64,000 nt of DNA, taken from NCBI RefSeq assembly GCF_000006765.1, contig NC_002516.2. One strand, 5' to 3'. The first letter of the stretch is position 1. Every line of letters starts with the position of its first letter. The notes beneath the pieces are model-generated. The model worked only from the letters and a program-made list of their open reading frames with translations. It made no database searches and was not told the origin of the DNA. Positions 41,382-50,217 of the stretch are shown one piece after another. The DNA is from Pseudomonas aeruginosa PAO1 (GTDB taxonomy: Bacteria; Pseudomonadota; Gammaproteobacteria; Pseudomonadales; Pseudomonadaceae). Both the position numbers and the translations under genes were made by a program.

Positions 41382-42194
41382 ATGGCAACACCCCAGCCCG
41401 TCGATGCCCGCACGCAGCCCTGGCGCGAGACGCCCGGCGGCGACCTGGTGGCGCTCGGTCGGCCGGTTCGCCAGGCGTTGCACCTGGTTCGCCACAACCC
41501 GGCACAGGGTCGGGTGCTCAGCCGGCGCGAGACGATCCTGCTGGTCCTGTTCGCCCTGACCCTGCACGGAGCGGTGATCCATTGGCTGAGCCAGCAGAGA
41601 ACCCCGGCGCTGCCCGAGGTGCCGCCACAGGTGCCGCCGATGACCATCGAGTTCACCGCCCCGGCGCCGCCGGTGGTGGAACCGCCGCCGCCCGAGCCGT
41701 TGCCGCCGGTGGTCGAGGAACCGCCACCACCGGTGGTCGACGAGAACGCGGTGAAGCCGCCGCCGCCGAAGCCGGTGCCAAAGCCGAAACCCAAGCCCAA
41801 GCCGCAACCCCGGCCCAAGCCGGCGCCGAAGGCCGTCGAGCCGGCTCCGCCCGCGCCGCCGCAACCCGCCGCGCCACCCGCCCCGCCGGCGCCGGCCGCC
41901 GCCCCGGCGCCGCTGACGCCGCCGTCGGCGAACGCCGGCTACCTGCACAACCCGGCGCCGGAATACCCCGCCCTGGCCATGCGCCGCGGCTGGGAGGGCA
42001 CCGTGCTGTTGCGGGTGCATGTCCTCGCCAGCGGCAGCCCGAGCGAGATCCAGGTGCAGAAGTCGAGCGGACGCGAAGCCCTCGACCAGGCCGCGGTGAA
42101 AGCGGTCAAGCGCTGGTCCTTCGTTCCCGCCAAGCGCGGCGACAAGGCCGAGGACGGCTGGGTCAGCGTACCGATCGATTTCAAGTTGAACTGA
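41382..42194 (+). CDS. tonB2: Energy transducer TonB2
   Basis: 270 aa: single TM helix, Pro-rich EP/KP spacer, and C-terminal domain with YPALAMRRGWEG and SSGREALD. Confidence 0.93.
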   Translation: MATPQPVDARTQPWRETPGGDLVALGRPVRQALHLVRHNPAQGRVLSRRETILLVLFALTLHGAVIHWLSQQRTPALPEVPPQVPPMTIEFTAPAPPVVEPPPPEPLPPVVEEPPPPVVDENAVKPPPPKPVPKPKPKPKPQPRPKPAPKAVEPAPPAPPQPAAPPAPPAPAAAPAPLTPPSANAGYLHNPAPEYPALAMRRGWEGTVLLRVHVLASGSPSEIQVQKSSGREALDQAAVKAVKRWSFVPAKRGDKAEDGWVSVPIDFKLN

Positions 42195-42222
42195 ATCTGC
42201 AGCGTCACGAGGAGCATCCGTC

Positions 42223-42942
42223 ATGAGTCTGTTAACCACCCCGCTCGAATCCGTCGAAGGCGCCGTCATCTGGCTGCTGGTCGGCTTTTCCGTGGTCACC
42301 TGGGGCCTGGCCCTGGTCAAGGGCGTGCAGTTCGCCCGGCAGAAGCGCCAGGACCGGCAGTTCCAGAAGCAGTTCTGGAGCGCCACCAGCCTCGACTCCG
42401 CCGGCGAGCAGGCGCAGGACAAGCAGGGCGCCGGCGCCCGCGTGGCCCAGGCCGGCTTCGCCGCGATCCAGGTGCAGGACAACGGCCAGCCCGACCTGGC
42501 CCAGTCGATCAACCACCAGGACCGTCTCGAACGCGCCCTGCGCCAGCAGATCCAGCGCGAGCGGCGTTCCCTGGAGTCGGGCCTGGCGGTGCTCGCCTCG
42601 ATCGGCTCGACCTCGCCCTTCATCGGTCTGTTCGGCACCGTCTGGGGCATCATGGAGGCGCTCAAGGGGATCAGCGCGGCCGGCTCGGCGAGCCTGGAGA
42701 CCGTGGCCGGGCCGATCGGCAGCGCGCTGATCGCCACCGGCGTGGGAATCGCCGTCGCGGTGCCGGCGGTGCTGGTCTACAACTACTTCCTGCGGCGCCT
42801 GAAGCTGACCGCCGCCGACCTCGACGACTTCGCCCACGACTTCTACAGCCTGGCGCAGAAGAGCGCGTTCCGCGTCATCGTCCATCCCTCCGCCGCGCGC
42901 CAGGCCGGCAACCCCTCGCGCAACGTGAAGGAGGCGTCCTGA
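42223..42942 (+). CDS. exbB1: ExbB/MotA proton channel
   Basis: 239 aa with SPFIGLFGTVWGIM and ALIATGVGIAVAVPA motifs. Confidence 0.93.
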   Translation: MSLLTTPLESVEGAVIWLLVGFSVVTWGLALVKGVQFARQKRQDRQFQKQFWSATSLDSAGEQAQDKQGAGARVAQAGFAAIQVQDNGQPDLAQSINHQDRLERALRQQIQRERRSLESGLAVLASIGSTSPFIGLFGTVWGIMEALKGISAAGSASLETVAGPIGSALIATGVGIAVAVPAVLVYNYFLRRLKLTAADLDDFAHDFYSLAQKSAFRVIVHPSAARQAGNPSRNVKEAS

Positions 42943-42943
42943 C

Positions 42944-43345
42944 ATGGCCTTCTCGACCCAGGACAGCGACGAAGTCCTTTCCGAAATCAACGTCACCCCG
43001 CTGGTCGACGTGATGCTGGTGCTGCTGGTGGTGTTCATCGTCACCGCGCCGCTGCTGACCAACTCGATCCCGATCAACCTGCCGAAGACCGAATCGGTGG
43101 CCCCGCCGGAGCAGAAGGATCCCCTGGTGGTGAGCATCGATGGCGCCGGCAAGCTGTTCGTCAACAAGGACGAGATCCAGCCGGAGCTGCTGGAGAGCAA
43201 CCTGGCCGCGGCCAAGGCGAAGGACGCCGAGGTCCGCGTGCAGTTGCAGGCCGACGAAGGGGTGAACTACGGCCAGGTGGCGAAGGCCATGGCTTCCATC
43301 GAGCGCGCCGGGATCACCAGGCTGGCGGTGATCACCGCACGCTGA
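42944..43345 (+). CDS. exbD1: ExbD
   Basis: 133 aa with EINVTPLVDVMLVLL motif. Confidence 0.93.
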   Translation: MAFSTQDSDEVLSEINVTPLVDVMLVLLVVFIVTAPLLTNSIPINLPKTESVAPPEQKDPLVVSIDGAGKLFVNKDEIQPELLESNLAAAKAKDAEVRVQLQADEGVNYGQVAKAMASIERAGITRLAVITAR

Positions 43346-43390
43346 AGCGAATCCACGCCGTCCGGCGCAGGCCGGGCGGGCAACGGTTTC

Positions 43391-43429
43391 GACCGCTCCG
43401 ATCCGGGCAGGGGAGAGCGGTCTTTTTTA
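43391..43429 (+). terminator. Probable terminator after exbD1
   Basis: GACCGCTC...GAGCGGTC stem followed by TTTTTTA. Confidence 0.6.
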
Positions 43430-43525
43430 TTCCGGATGGACGCTCCTCGGGTGTGTCCGCCGAGGCCGGGCTCGCGAATGCGTCGCGCACCCTGTCCGGC
43501 GCTCGCACGTCCCACGCCTGGGCGC

Positions 43526-43738
43526 TCAGGCCTGGCGTGCCGGCGCCTCCTGCTCCTTGGCGTCCTCCGTTCCTTCGACTTCCCATTCACCGGCCCAGTC
43601 CTCGCCGAACAGTTCGCTGGGATGCTGGGTGCGGCTGGCGCCGTTGCCGCAGCCCATAGATTCCGCCGAGCAATAGCGGTCGCAACCCCAGCAGATGCGC
43701 TCCGGATGGCTGGGATGGAGAGGAAATTTCTTGGCCAT
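43526..43738 (-). CDS. Small Cys-rich protein, DUF3079-like; PA0200-like
   Basis: 70 aa: MAKKFPLHPSHPERICWGCDRYC...GCGNG...HPSELFGEDW, with an acidic tail. Confidence 0.8.
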   Translation of the reverse strand: MAKKFPLHPSHPERICWGCDRYCSAESMGCGNGASRTQHPSELFGEDWAGEWEVEGTEDAKEQEAPARQA

Positions 43739-43827
43739 GATCCTGTCCCGATACCTGATGCCTGCGCTCAGGTATACCGCCGATGGCTTGCGCCGCCCAG
43801 GCGTTGCCGCGGAAAAGTGGCTTCGGC

Positions 43828-43841
43828 TTGCGCTGGATCAA
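43828..43841 (-). promoter_or_regulatory. Candidate ANR/FNR box upstream of the DUF3079 gene
   Basis: Minus strand TTGAT-CCAG-CGCAA versus TTGAT-N4-ATCAA (one perfect half-site), about 90 bp upstream of the ATG. Confidence 0.5.
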
Positions 43842-43953
43842 CTCGATTGGCATATATGTATTAATAGAATATTAAAATTGCTTTTTATTCCTTAGAGAAA
43901 AAAGGCTGCGCCCTTACACTTCCCTGGTGATGAATTTTTCTGGAGGGTTCTCC

Positions 43954-44535
43954 ATGCACAGCGAACGCGTCCGTTATGTGTTGGTGCCCGGTTGGTACGG
44001 CTCGGAAGACGCCCATTGGCAAAGTCACTGGCAGCGCGCGCTGCCCAATGCCTCACGGGTCGAGCAACAGGACTGGATCACCCCGCTGCGCGCCGACTGG
44101 ATCGCCGAGCTGGACGCCGAGATCCGCCGCCAGCCCGGGCCGGTGGTGCTGATCGCGCACAGCCTGGGTTGTGTGACAGTGGCGCTGTGGGCGGCCCAGG
44201 CCGAGCGCCGGGTGCGCGACCAGGTACGCGGCGCCCTGCTGGTGGCGCCGGCCGACGTCGAGCGCGAGAGCTGCGCCGAGGCGCTGCGCAACTTCGCGCC
44301 GATCAGCCGCGAGCCGTTGCCGTTCCCCAGCGTGCTGGTGGGTTCCGACAACGACCAGGCCTGCAGCCCGCAGCGCGCCATGCACCTGGCCCGCGCCTGG
44401 GGCGCGGAGACGGTGATCCTGCCCGAGGCCGGGCACATCAACGTGAAGTCCGGCCACGGCGCCTGGGAGGCCGGCTACCGTCACCTGTTCCGCTTGCAGT
44501 ACCTGATCGACAGCCAGGCCCGTCGCCGCGCCTGA
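43954..44535 (+). CDS. RBBP9/YdeN-family alpha/beta hydrolase; PA0201-like
   Basis: 193 aa from ATG 43954 (GGAGG RBS) with VPGWYGS, AHSLG nucleophile, SDND and GHIN. Confidence 0.88.
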   Translation: MHSERVRYVLVPGWYGSEDAHWQSHWQRALPNASRVEQQDWITPLRADWIAELDAEIRRQPGPVVLIAHSLGCVTVALWAAQAERRVRDQVRGALLVAPADVERESCAEALRNFAPISREPLPFPSVLVGSDNDQACSPQRAMHLARAWGAETVILPEAGHINVKSGHGAWEAGYRHLFRLQYLIDSQARRRA

Positions 44536-44542
44536 GGCCACT

Positions 44543-46000
44543 TCAGTTCGCCAGCAGCGGCGACGGCTGGCGCTCGAACCAGCGGCTGGCCCGCTCGTAG
44601 GCGTGGGCCAGTTGCAGTACCGCGAAGTCGGCCTGGTGCGGACCGATGATTTGCAGGCCCATCGGCAGTCCCTCGGCATTGAAGCCCGCCTGCACGTTGG
44701 CCACCGGGCAGCCGGACAGGCTGCCGGGAACCACCACTTCCATCCAGCGGTGGTAGGTGTCCATTGCCACGCCTTCGATGCTGCGCGGCCAGGGGGTTTC
44801 CTTGGCGAAGGGAAATACCTGCGCGCTGGGCAGCAACAGGTAGTCGTAGCGCTCGAACAGCCGGCCGATGGCGCGATACCAGTCGCTGCGGATGACCGAC
44901 GCGCGAAAGACCGCGTCGGCGCCCAGGCGCAGCCCGTTCTCCACCTCCCAGAGCGCTTCCGGCTTCAGCAGGGCACGCTTCGCCGGATCGGCATGCACGC
45001 CGCCGAGCGAGCCGGCCACCAGCCAGTGGCGCAAGGTGCGCCAGCATTCCCAGAGGCGCTCCGGGGCGAAGCCGAGGTTCGCTTCTTCGATCTCGCAGCC
45101 GAGGCTGCGGAAATCGCCTAGCGCGCGCTGGCACATTTGGAGGATGCCGTCCTGCATAGGCAGGTAGCCGTCGAGGTCGCCCAGCCAGCCCAGCCGGGTG
45201 CCTTCGAAATCGCGCTCCAGCGGTGCGGCGAACCGCGCGCCGGGTTCGGCGATGGATAGCGGCGCGCGGCGATCGGCGCCGGCCTGCACCGAGAGCAGCA
45301 GGGCGGTGTCGCGCACGCTGCGGCCCATCGGGCCTTCGTAGCCGAGCTGGTCGAAGAACAGGTCGGCGCTGTCGTCGAACGGTACGCGGCCTTGGGAAGG
45401 GCGGAAGCCGATGACGTTGTTGAAGGCCGCCGGGTTGCGCAGCGAGCCCATCATGTCGCTGCCGTCGGCCACCGGTACCAGGTGCAGCGCGAGGGCAGCG
45501 GCGGCTCCGCCGCTGCTGCCGCCGGCGCTGAGGCGTTCGTCGTAGGCGCAGGCGGTGGCGCCGAACAGTGGGTTGTAGGTCTGCGAGCCGAGGCCGAACT
45601 CGGGGGTGTTGGTCTTGCCGATGAGGATCGCGCCGGCGGCCCTGATCCGCTCCACCATGATCCCGTCGCGCTCGGGAATGTAGTCGCGGTACAGCGGCGA
45701 GCCGAGGGTGGTGCGGATGCCGCGGGTCAGCGACAGGTCCTTGATGGCATGTGGCAGACCGTGCATCCAGCCACGCCATTCGCCACGGGCGAGTTCGCCG
45801 TCGCGCGCGTCCGCCTCTTCCAGCAGGCGTTCCGCCGGCAGCAGGCTGACCAGGGCGTTGACCCGTGGGTTGAAGCGCTCGATATGCGCCAGGTAGGCCT
45901 GCATCACCTCGCGGCAGGACACCTGGCGCAGGCGGATGCGTTCGGCAAGCTGGTGGGCCTGGAGCAGGACCAGCTCGTTGATCGGAGGGTTGGGCTTCAT
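44543..46000 (-). CDS. Amidase-signature family amidase; PA0202-like
   Basis: 485 aa from ATG 46000 with AIKD (Lys), GGSSGGAAA and GSDMMGSLRNP (Ser-cisSer-Lys triad). Confidence 0.92.
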   Translation of the reverse strand: MKPNPPINELVLLQAHQLAERIRLRQVSCREVMQAYLAHIERFNPRVNALVSLLPAERLLEEADARDGELARGEWRGWMHGLPHAIKDLSLTRGIRTTLGSPLYRDYIPERDGIMVERIRAAGAILIGKTNTPEFGLGSQTYNPLFGATACAYDERLSAGGSSGGAAAALALHLVPVADGSDMMGSLRNPAAFNNVIGFRPSQGRVPFDDSADLFFDQLGYEGPMGRSVRDTALLLSVQAGADRRAPLSIAEPGARFAAPLERDFEGTRLGWLGDLDGYLPMQDGILQMCQRALGDFRSLGCEIEEANLGFAPERLWECWRTLRHWLVAGSLGGVHADPAKRALLKPEALWEVENGLRLGADAVFRASVIRSDWYRAIGRLFERYDYLLLPSAQVFPFAKETPWPRSIEGVAMDTYHRWMEVVVPGSLSGCPVANVQAGFNAEGLPMGLQIIGPHQADFAVLQLAHAYERASRWFERQPSPLLAN

Positions 46001-46065
46001 CGGGGTTGGGCCTTGGCAGTCGAGAAGGGGCGCCCCTATGCCAGGGGCGCGAAACGGCGCTGCGC

Positions 46066-47100
46066 TCAGCGCATCAGGTTGGTCCACAGGCGGTCGGCGA
46101 GGCGGATCGCGTCTTCGCCGCAGGTCTGGCTGAACACCACGCGGGTACCGGCGGGGACGTGCAGCTCCGGGGCGTCCTTGAGACTGGCGTCGAGGTAGGG
46201 CTCGACGCCCTTCACCGGGCTCTGGTGCTTGAGGAAGTTCTGGGTCAGCGCGGCGTTCTCCGGCTGAGCGAGGAAGGCGATGAAGCGCCGCGCGTTGTCC
46301 GGGTTGCGGCTGCCGCGCGGGATTACCAGGTTGTCCACCCAGGCCAGCACGCCTTCCTTCGGATACAGGTACTTCAGGCTCGGCTTGAGTTCGCGCGCAC
46401 GCATCGACGAGCCGCCCCAGAACATCGACATGTCCACCTCGCCTGCGGCGAGGTTCTCGCGGATCGAGCCGGCCTTGGAGCTGTAGGTCTTGACGAAGGG
46501 TTTCTGCGCCTTGAGCAGTTCGAGGACGCGCTGCATCTGCTTCGGGTCCGCGCTACAGAGCGGGATGCCCAGGTACAGGCTGGCCATGTCGACCACCTCG
46601 CTCACCGAGTCGAACATGTTGATCCGACCGCGCAGTTCTTCCGGCGGCTGGTAGAGCACCGCGTAGCTGTCGGCCGGGCCGGCGTAGCGCGCGCCATCCA
46701 GCACCACGCTGGTGGTGCCCCAGATGAAGGGCACGCTGTAGGCGCCCTCCGGGTCCCAGGCGGGCTTCTTCAGGTTGTCGAGCAGGTTGGCGTAGTACGG
46801 CTCGGCGGCCGGGTCGAAGCGCTCGAGCAATGCTTCCTTGACCAGGATCGGAACGAACTGCTGCGAAGGAATCGCCACGTCGTAGCCGGCGCCGCCCTGC
46901 TTGAGCTTGGCCAGCAGGGTTTCGTTGGAGTCATAGGAGTCCACCGTGACGCGGATGCCGCTTTCCTTCTCGAATTTCTCCAGCAACTGCGGCGAGAAGT
47001 AGCCGCTCCAGCTGACTACGTTGAGTTGCCCGGCGGCCTGGGCGCTGCCGCCCAGGGCCAGGGTGAGGCCGAGGCCGATGCTTGCGATCCGTTGATGCAT
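46066..47100 (-). CDS. PotD/PotF-like ABC periplasmic binding protein; PA0203-like
   Basis: 344 aa with a signal peptide, SWSGYF, YDSNETLLAKL, YSVPFIWGTT and PKEGVLAWVD. Confidence 0.9.
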   Translation of the reverse strand: MHQRIASIGLGLTLALGGSAQAAGQLNVVSWSGYFSPQLLEKFEKESGIRVTVDSYDSNETLLAKLKQGGAGYDVAIPSQQFVPILVKEALLERFDPAAEPYYANLLDNLKKPAWDPEGAYSVPFIWGTTSVVLDGARYAGPADSYAVLYQPPEELRGRINMFDSVSEVVDMASLYLGIPLCSADPKQMQRVLELLKAQKPFVKTYSSKAGSIRENLAAGEVDMSMFWGGSSMRARELKPSLKYLYPKEGVLAWVDNLVIPRGSRNPDNARRFIAFLAQPENAALTQNFLKHQSPVKGVEPYLDASLKDAPELHVPAGTRVVFSQTCGEDAIRLADRLWTNLMR

Positions 47101-47122
47101 GGGGATTTCTCCGACGTAGGGC

Positions 47123-47932
47123 TCAGGCGCGTGGCTTGCCGAGCAGGTAGGAAAGGCTGACGAAGATCACGGAGACGCCGAGGATCAACGTCGACACGGC
47201 GTTGACGTCGGGCGTGACGCCCATCCGCAGCAGTCCGAAGATGAAGATCGGCAGGGTGGTGGTGCCGGCCTGCGAGACCATCATCGAGATCACGAAGTTG
47301 TCCAGCGAGACGATGAAGGCGAGCATCAGGCCGGAGAAGATGCCCGGCGCCAGCAGCGGCAGCGTCACCTTGCGCAGGGTCCGCCACGGACCGGCGTAGA
47401 GGTCGGCGGCGGCCTGCTCCAGGGAAAGGTCCATGTCATCCAGGCGGGCACGGATCGGCAGGTAGGCGAACGGGATGCAGAACACCGTGTGGGCGATGAT
47501 CAGGTTGCCGTAGCCGAGAGACAGCCCGACGGTGGAAAACAGCGCCAGGGTGGCGACCCCGACCACGATTTCCGGCAGCACCAGGGGCAGCATGATCGCT
47601 CCCATCGACAGGCGCAGGCCCCTGAACTTCGCCCCACGCGAGGTGCCGAGGGCGGCCAGGGTGGCGATCGCGGTGGCCGCGGCGCTGGCGCACACGGCGA
47701 TCAGCAGGCTGTTGCCGGCGGCCTGGCGCAGCGCCTGGTTGGCGAAGGCGGCGCGGTACCAGTCGAGGCTGAAGCCGGTCCAGACGGTGGCCGACTGGTT
47801 GGCGTTGAAGGAGTACACCACCAGCACCAGGATCGGCGCGTACAGGTACAGGTAGAACAACAAGCTGAAGGCACCGAAGCCGGGGAAGTCCTGGACGTTA
47901 TGGCGGCTGCCTTTCCACAGGCGCGCGATCAT
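47123..47932 (-). CDS. PotC-like ABC permease
   Basis: 269 aa with SLEQAAADLYAGP EAA loop and SLDNFVIS. Confidence 0.9.
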   Translation of the reverse strand: MIARLWKGSRHNVQDFPGFGAFSLLFYLYLYAPILVLVVYSFNANQSATVWTGFSLDWYRAAFANQALRQAAGNSLLIAVCASAAATAIATLAALGTSRGAKFRGLRLSMGAIMLPLVLPEIVVGVATLALFSTVGLSLGYGNLIIAHTVFCIPFAYLPIRARLDDMDLSLEQAAADLYAGPWRTLRKVTLPLLAPGIFSGLMLAFIVSLDNFVISMMVSQAGTTTLPIFIFGLLRMGVTPDVNAVSTLILGVSVIFVSLSYLLGKPRA

Positions 47933-48849
47933 CGGCCCATCCCCCGTGCGAGACGTTCGGCGCGCCAGGCGTAGACGGTCAGGATCAGCATCACCGCGGC
48001 CATCAGCACCAGCGACAGGGCGGCGCCGAACGGCCAGTTCCGGGCGTCGGCGAACTGCCGGAAAATCAGGTTGCCAAGCATCATGCGGGTGCCGCCGCCA
48101 AGCAGTTCCGGGGCGATCATCGCGCCCAGGCAGGGCACGAAGGTCAGGATGGCGCCGGCCAGGATGCCCGGCCGGGCGGTCGGCAGGACCACCTTGCGTA
48201 GCGTGCGCAGGCGGCCGGCGTAGAGGTCCTGGGCGGCTTCCAGCAGGCGCATGTCCATTTTCTCCAGGGTCGCGTAGATCGGCAGTACCACGAAGGGCGC
48301 GTAGGTGTAGACCAGGCCGAGCAGCACCGCGCCGTCGCTGTAGAGCAGCGGCAACGGGTGGTCGACCAGGCCGAGGCCGAGCAGGCCGTTGTTGATCACT
48401 CCGCTGCCGCGCAGCAGGAGAATCCAGGCGTAGGTGCGGATCAGCAGGTTGGCCCAGAACGGCACGGTGATCAGGAAGATCAGCAGGCCGCGCCGACGCG
48501 GCGGCTGCATGGCCAGCCAGACCGCCACCGGGAAGCCGAGCGACAGGGTGATGAGGGTGGTCAGCGCGGCGATGCCGAGCGAGCGCAGGGCGATTGTCAG
48601 GTAGGAGTCGGCGAAGGCCAGGCTGTCGTCCATCTGCCGTTCGAAGAGCAGGGATACGTACGCCTCGCCGCTGAAGGCCCGGTCGACCCCGCCATAGGGG
48701 TTGGCCTCCATCAGCGAATAGGCGGCGACGATGAGGATGGGCAACACCAGGAACAGGCCGATGGCGACCAGCGCCGGAGTGACGCCGAGGAAGCTGCGCA
48801 GGGCCTGGCGACGCTGCAAGGCTGCGCCGGGGGAAGGGATCGGATGCAT
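47929..48849 (-). CDS. PotB-like ABC permease
   Basis: 306 aa from ATG 48849 with LIRTYAW, LLEAAQDLYAG and NWPFGAALS. Confidence 0.9.
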   Translation of the reverse strand: MHPIPSPGAALQRRQALRSFLGVTPALVAIGLFLVLPILIVAAYSLMEANPYGGVDRAFSGEAYVSLLFERQMDDSLAFADSYLTIALRSLGIAALTTLITLSLGFPVAVWLAMQPPRRRGLLIFLITVPFWANLLIRTYAWILLLRGSGVINNGLLGLGLVDHPLPLLYSDGAVLLGLVYTYAPFVVLPIYATLEKMDMRLLEAAQDLYAGRLRTLRKVVLPTARPGILAGAILTFVPCLGAMIAPELLGGGTRMMLGNLIFRQFADARNWPFGAALSLVLMAAVMLILTVYAWRAERLARGMGR

Positions 48850-48874
48850 GGCTGGGGTCCGTTGCCGAAGGGGA

Positions 48875-49987
48875 TCAATCCAGCAGGACGCTGGCGCTGT
48901 CTTTGGCCACGGCCAGGCAGGCAGCTTCACCGGTGGCGAAGCGCCGTGCCGTGCCGTTCGGTGTGCGCACCGTCAGCAGGCTGCCGTCGGCCAGGCGCAC
49001 CCGGTATTGCAGGTCGGTGCCGAGGTAGACCTGGCTTTCCACCGTGCAGGGCAGGCCGCCGCCGGTGTTGGCCGCCAGCAGGTCCAGGCGTTCCGGGCGG
49101 ATCGACAGGCAGACCCGGGCTCCGGCTGCCAGGCCGTCGCGCGCGGCGGCCTCGAACGCTTCACCGCCGGGACCGCGGTACAGCGCCAGCGGGCCGTCGC
49201 GCTGGAGCAGCTCGGCTTCGATGAAATTGGTCTCGCCAATGAAGTCGGCGACAAAGCGGTTGCCGGGGCGCTCGTAGATCTCTTCCGGCGGTCCGACCTG
49301 TTGCACCTGGCCCTCGGAGAGCACGGCGATGCGATCGGACATGGTCAGCGCCTCCTCCTGGTCGTGGGTGACGAAAATGAAGGTGATCCCGGTCTTCGCT
49401 TGGATCGCCTTGAGTTCCTCGCGCATCGCCTGGCGCAGCTTCAGGTCGAGGGCCGAGAGCGGTTCGTCGAGCAGCAGCACCCGCGGTTGCGGCGCCAGCG
49501 CACGGGCCAGTGCCACGCGTTGCTGCTGGCCTCCTGAAAGCTGCCCGGGACGGCGATCGGCGAAACGTTCCATCTGCACCAGGGCGAGCATCTCGCGGAC
49601 CCGCTCGGCGATCTCCGCCTTGCCCAGGCTGCGTCCCAGTGGGCGCGATTCGAGGCCGAAGGCGAGGTTCTCGGCGATGCTCATGTGCGGGAACAGCGCA
49701 TAGTGCTGGAACACGGTGTTCACCGGGCGCTCGAAGGGCGGTCGCGCGGCGATGTTCTCGCCGTAGAGGAGGATCTCGCCCTCCGTGGGAAACTCGAAGC
49801 CGGCGATCATCCGCAGCAGGGTGGTCTTGCCGCAGCCAGACGGGCCGAGGAGGGTGAAGAACTCATTGTCGCGGATATCCAGGTCGACGCGCTTCAGTGC
49901 CACCGGGCCGCTCTCGGGATCGCCGTACACCTTGCGTACCGCGCGGATGGACACTGCATGGGTACGCAGCGAATGCAGGGCACTCAT
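48875..49987 (-). CDS. PotA-like ABC ATPase
   Basis: 370 aa from ATG 49987 with GPSGCGKTT, LSGGQQQR, LLLDEP and a TOBE tail. Confidence 0.92.
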   Translation of the reverse strand: MSALHSLRTHAVSIRAVRKVYGDPESGPVALKRVDLDIRDNEFFTLLGPSGCGKTTLLRMIAGFEFPTEGEILLYGENIAARPPFERPVNTVFQHYALFPHMSIAENLAFGLESRPLGRSLGKAEIAERVREMLALVQMERFADRRPGQLSGGQQQRVALARALAPQPRVLLLDEPLSALDLKLRQAMREELKAIQAKTGITFIFVTHDQEEALTMSDRIAVLSEGQVQQVGPPEEIYERPGNRFVADFIGETNFIEAELLQRDGPLALYRGPGGEAFEAAARDGLAAGARVCLSIRPERLDLLAANTGGGLPCTVESQVYLGTDLQYRVRLADGSLLTVRTPNGTARRFATGEAACLAVAKDSASVLLD

Positions 49988-50178
49988 GGACTTACCTCCG
50001 ATTCCCCTTCGTGCGTGCCGCAATGCGGCGCGACGATGGTTGTTGTTCTTATGGCAGGGCTGGAAAGTAGGCTTCCGCGAGGTGGCGGAAGGGTAGCGCC
50101 GGCTTGTGGTCGCCGATGGCTGGAGCGGATGATGCGGAAAAGGGGCGGCTGTCGAAAGCTCAATTTTCTTATATAAGG

Positions 50179-50195
50179 TGTTAAAAAAATTAACA
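50179..50195. promoter_or_regulatory. Candidate LysR box in the divergent PotA-like/LysR region
   Basis: TGTTA-AAAAAAT-TAACA, a perfect 5-bp dyad with T-N11-A core. Confidence 0.6.
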
Positions 50196-50217
50196 TCTAG
50201 CGAGGTTCGCAAGGCCC

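Noticed and set aside
41650-41930. CCG-rich repeats in tonB2
   Set aside because: This is the normal Pro-rich EP/KP periplasm-spanning spacer of TonB.
43587-43895. Alternative small ORFs (88 aa minus, 66 aa plus) overlapping the DUF3079 gene and promoter
   Set aside because: The 70-aa frame has the recognisable Cys motif and an RBS-like sequence; the others have neither.
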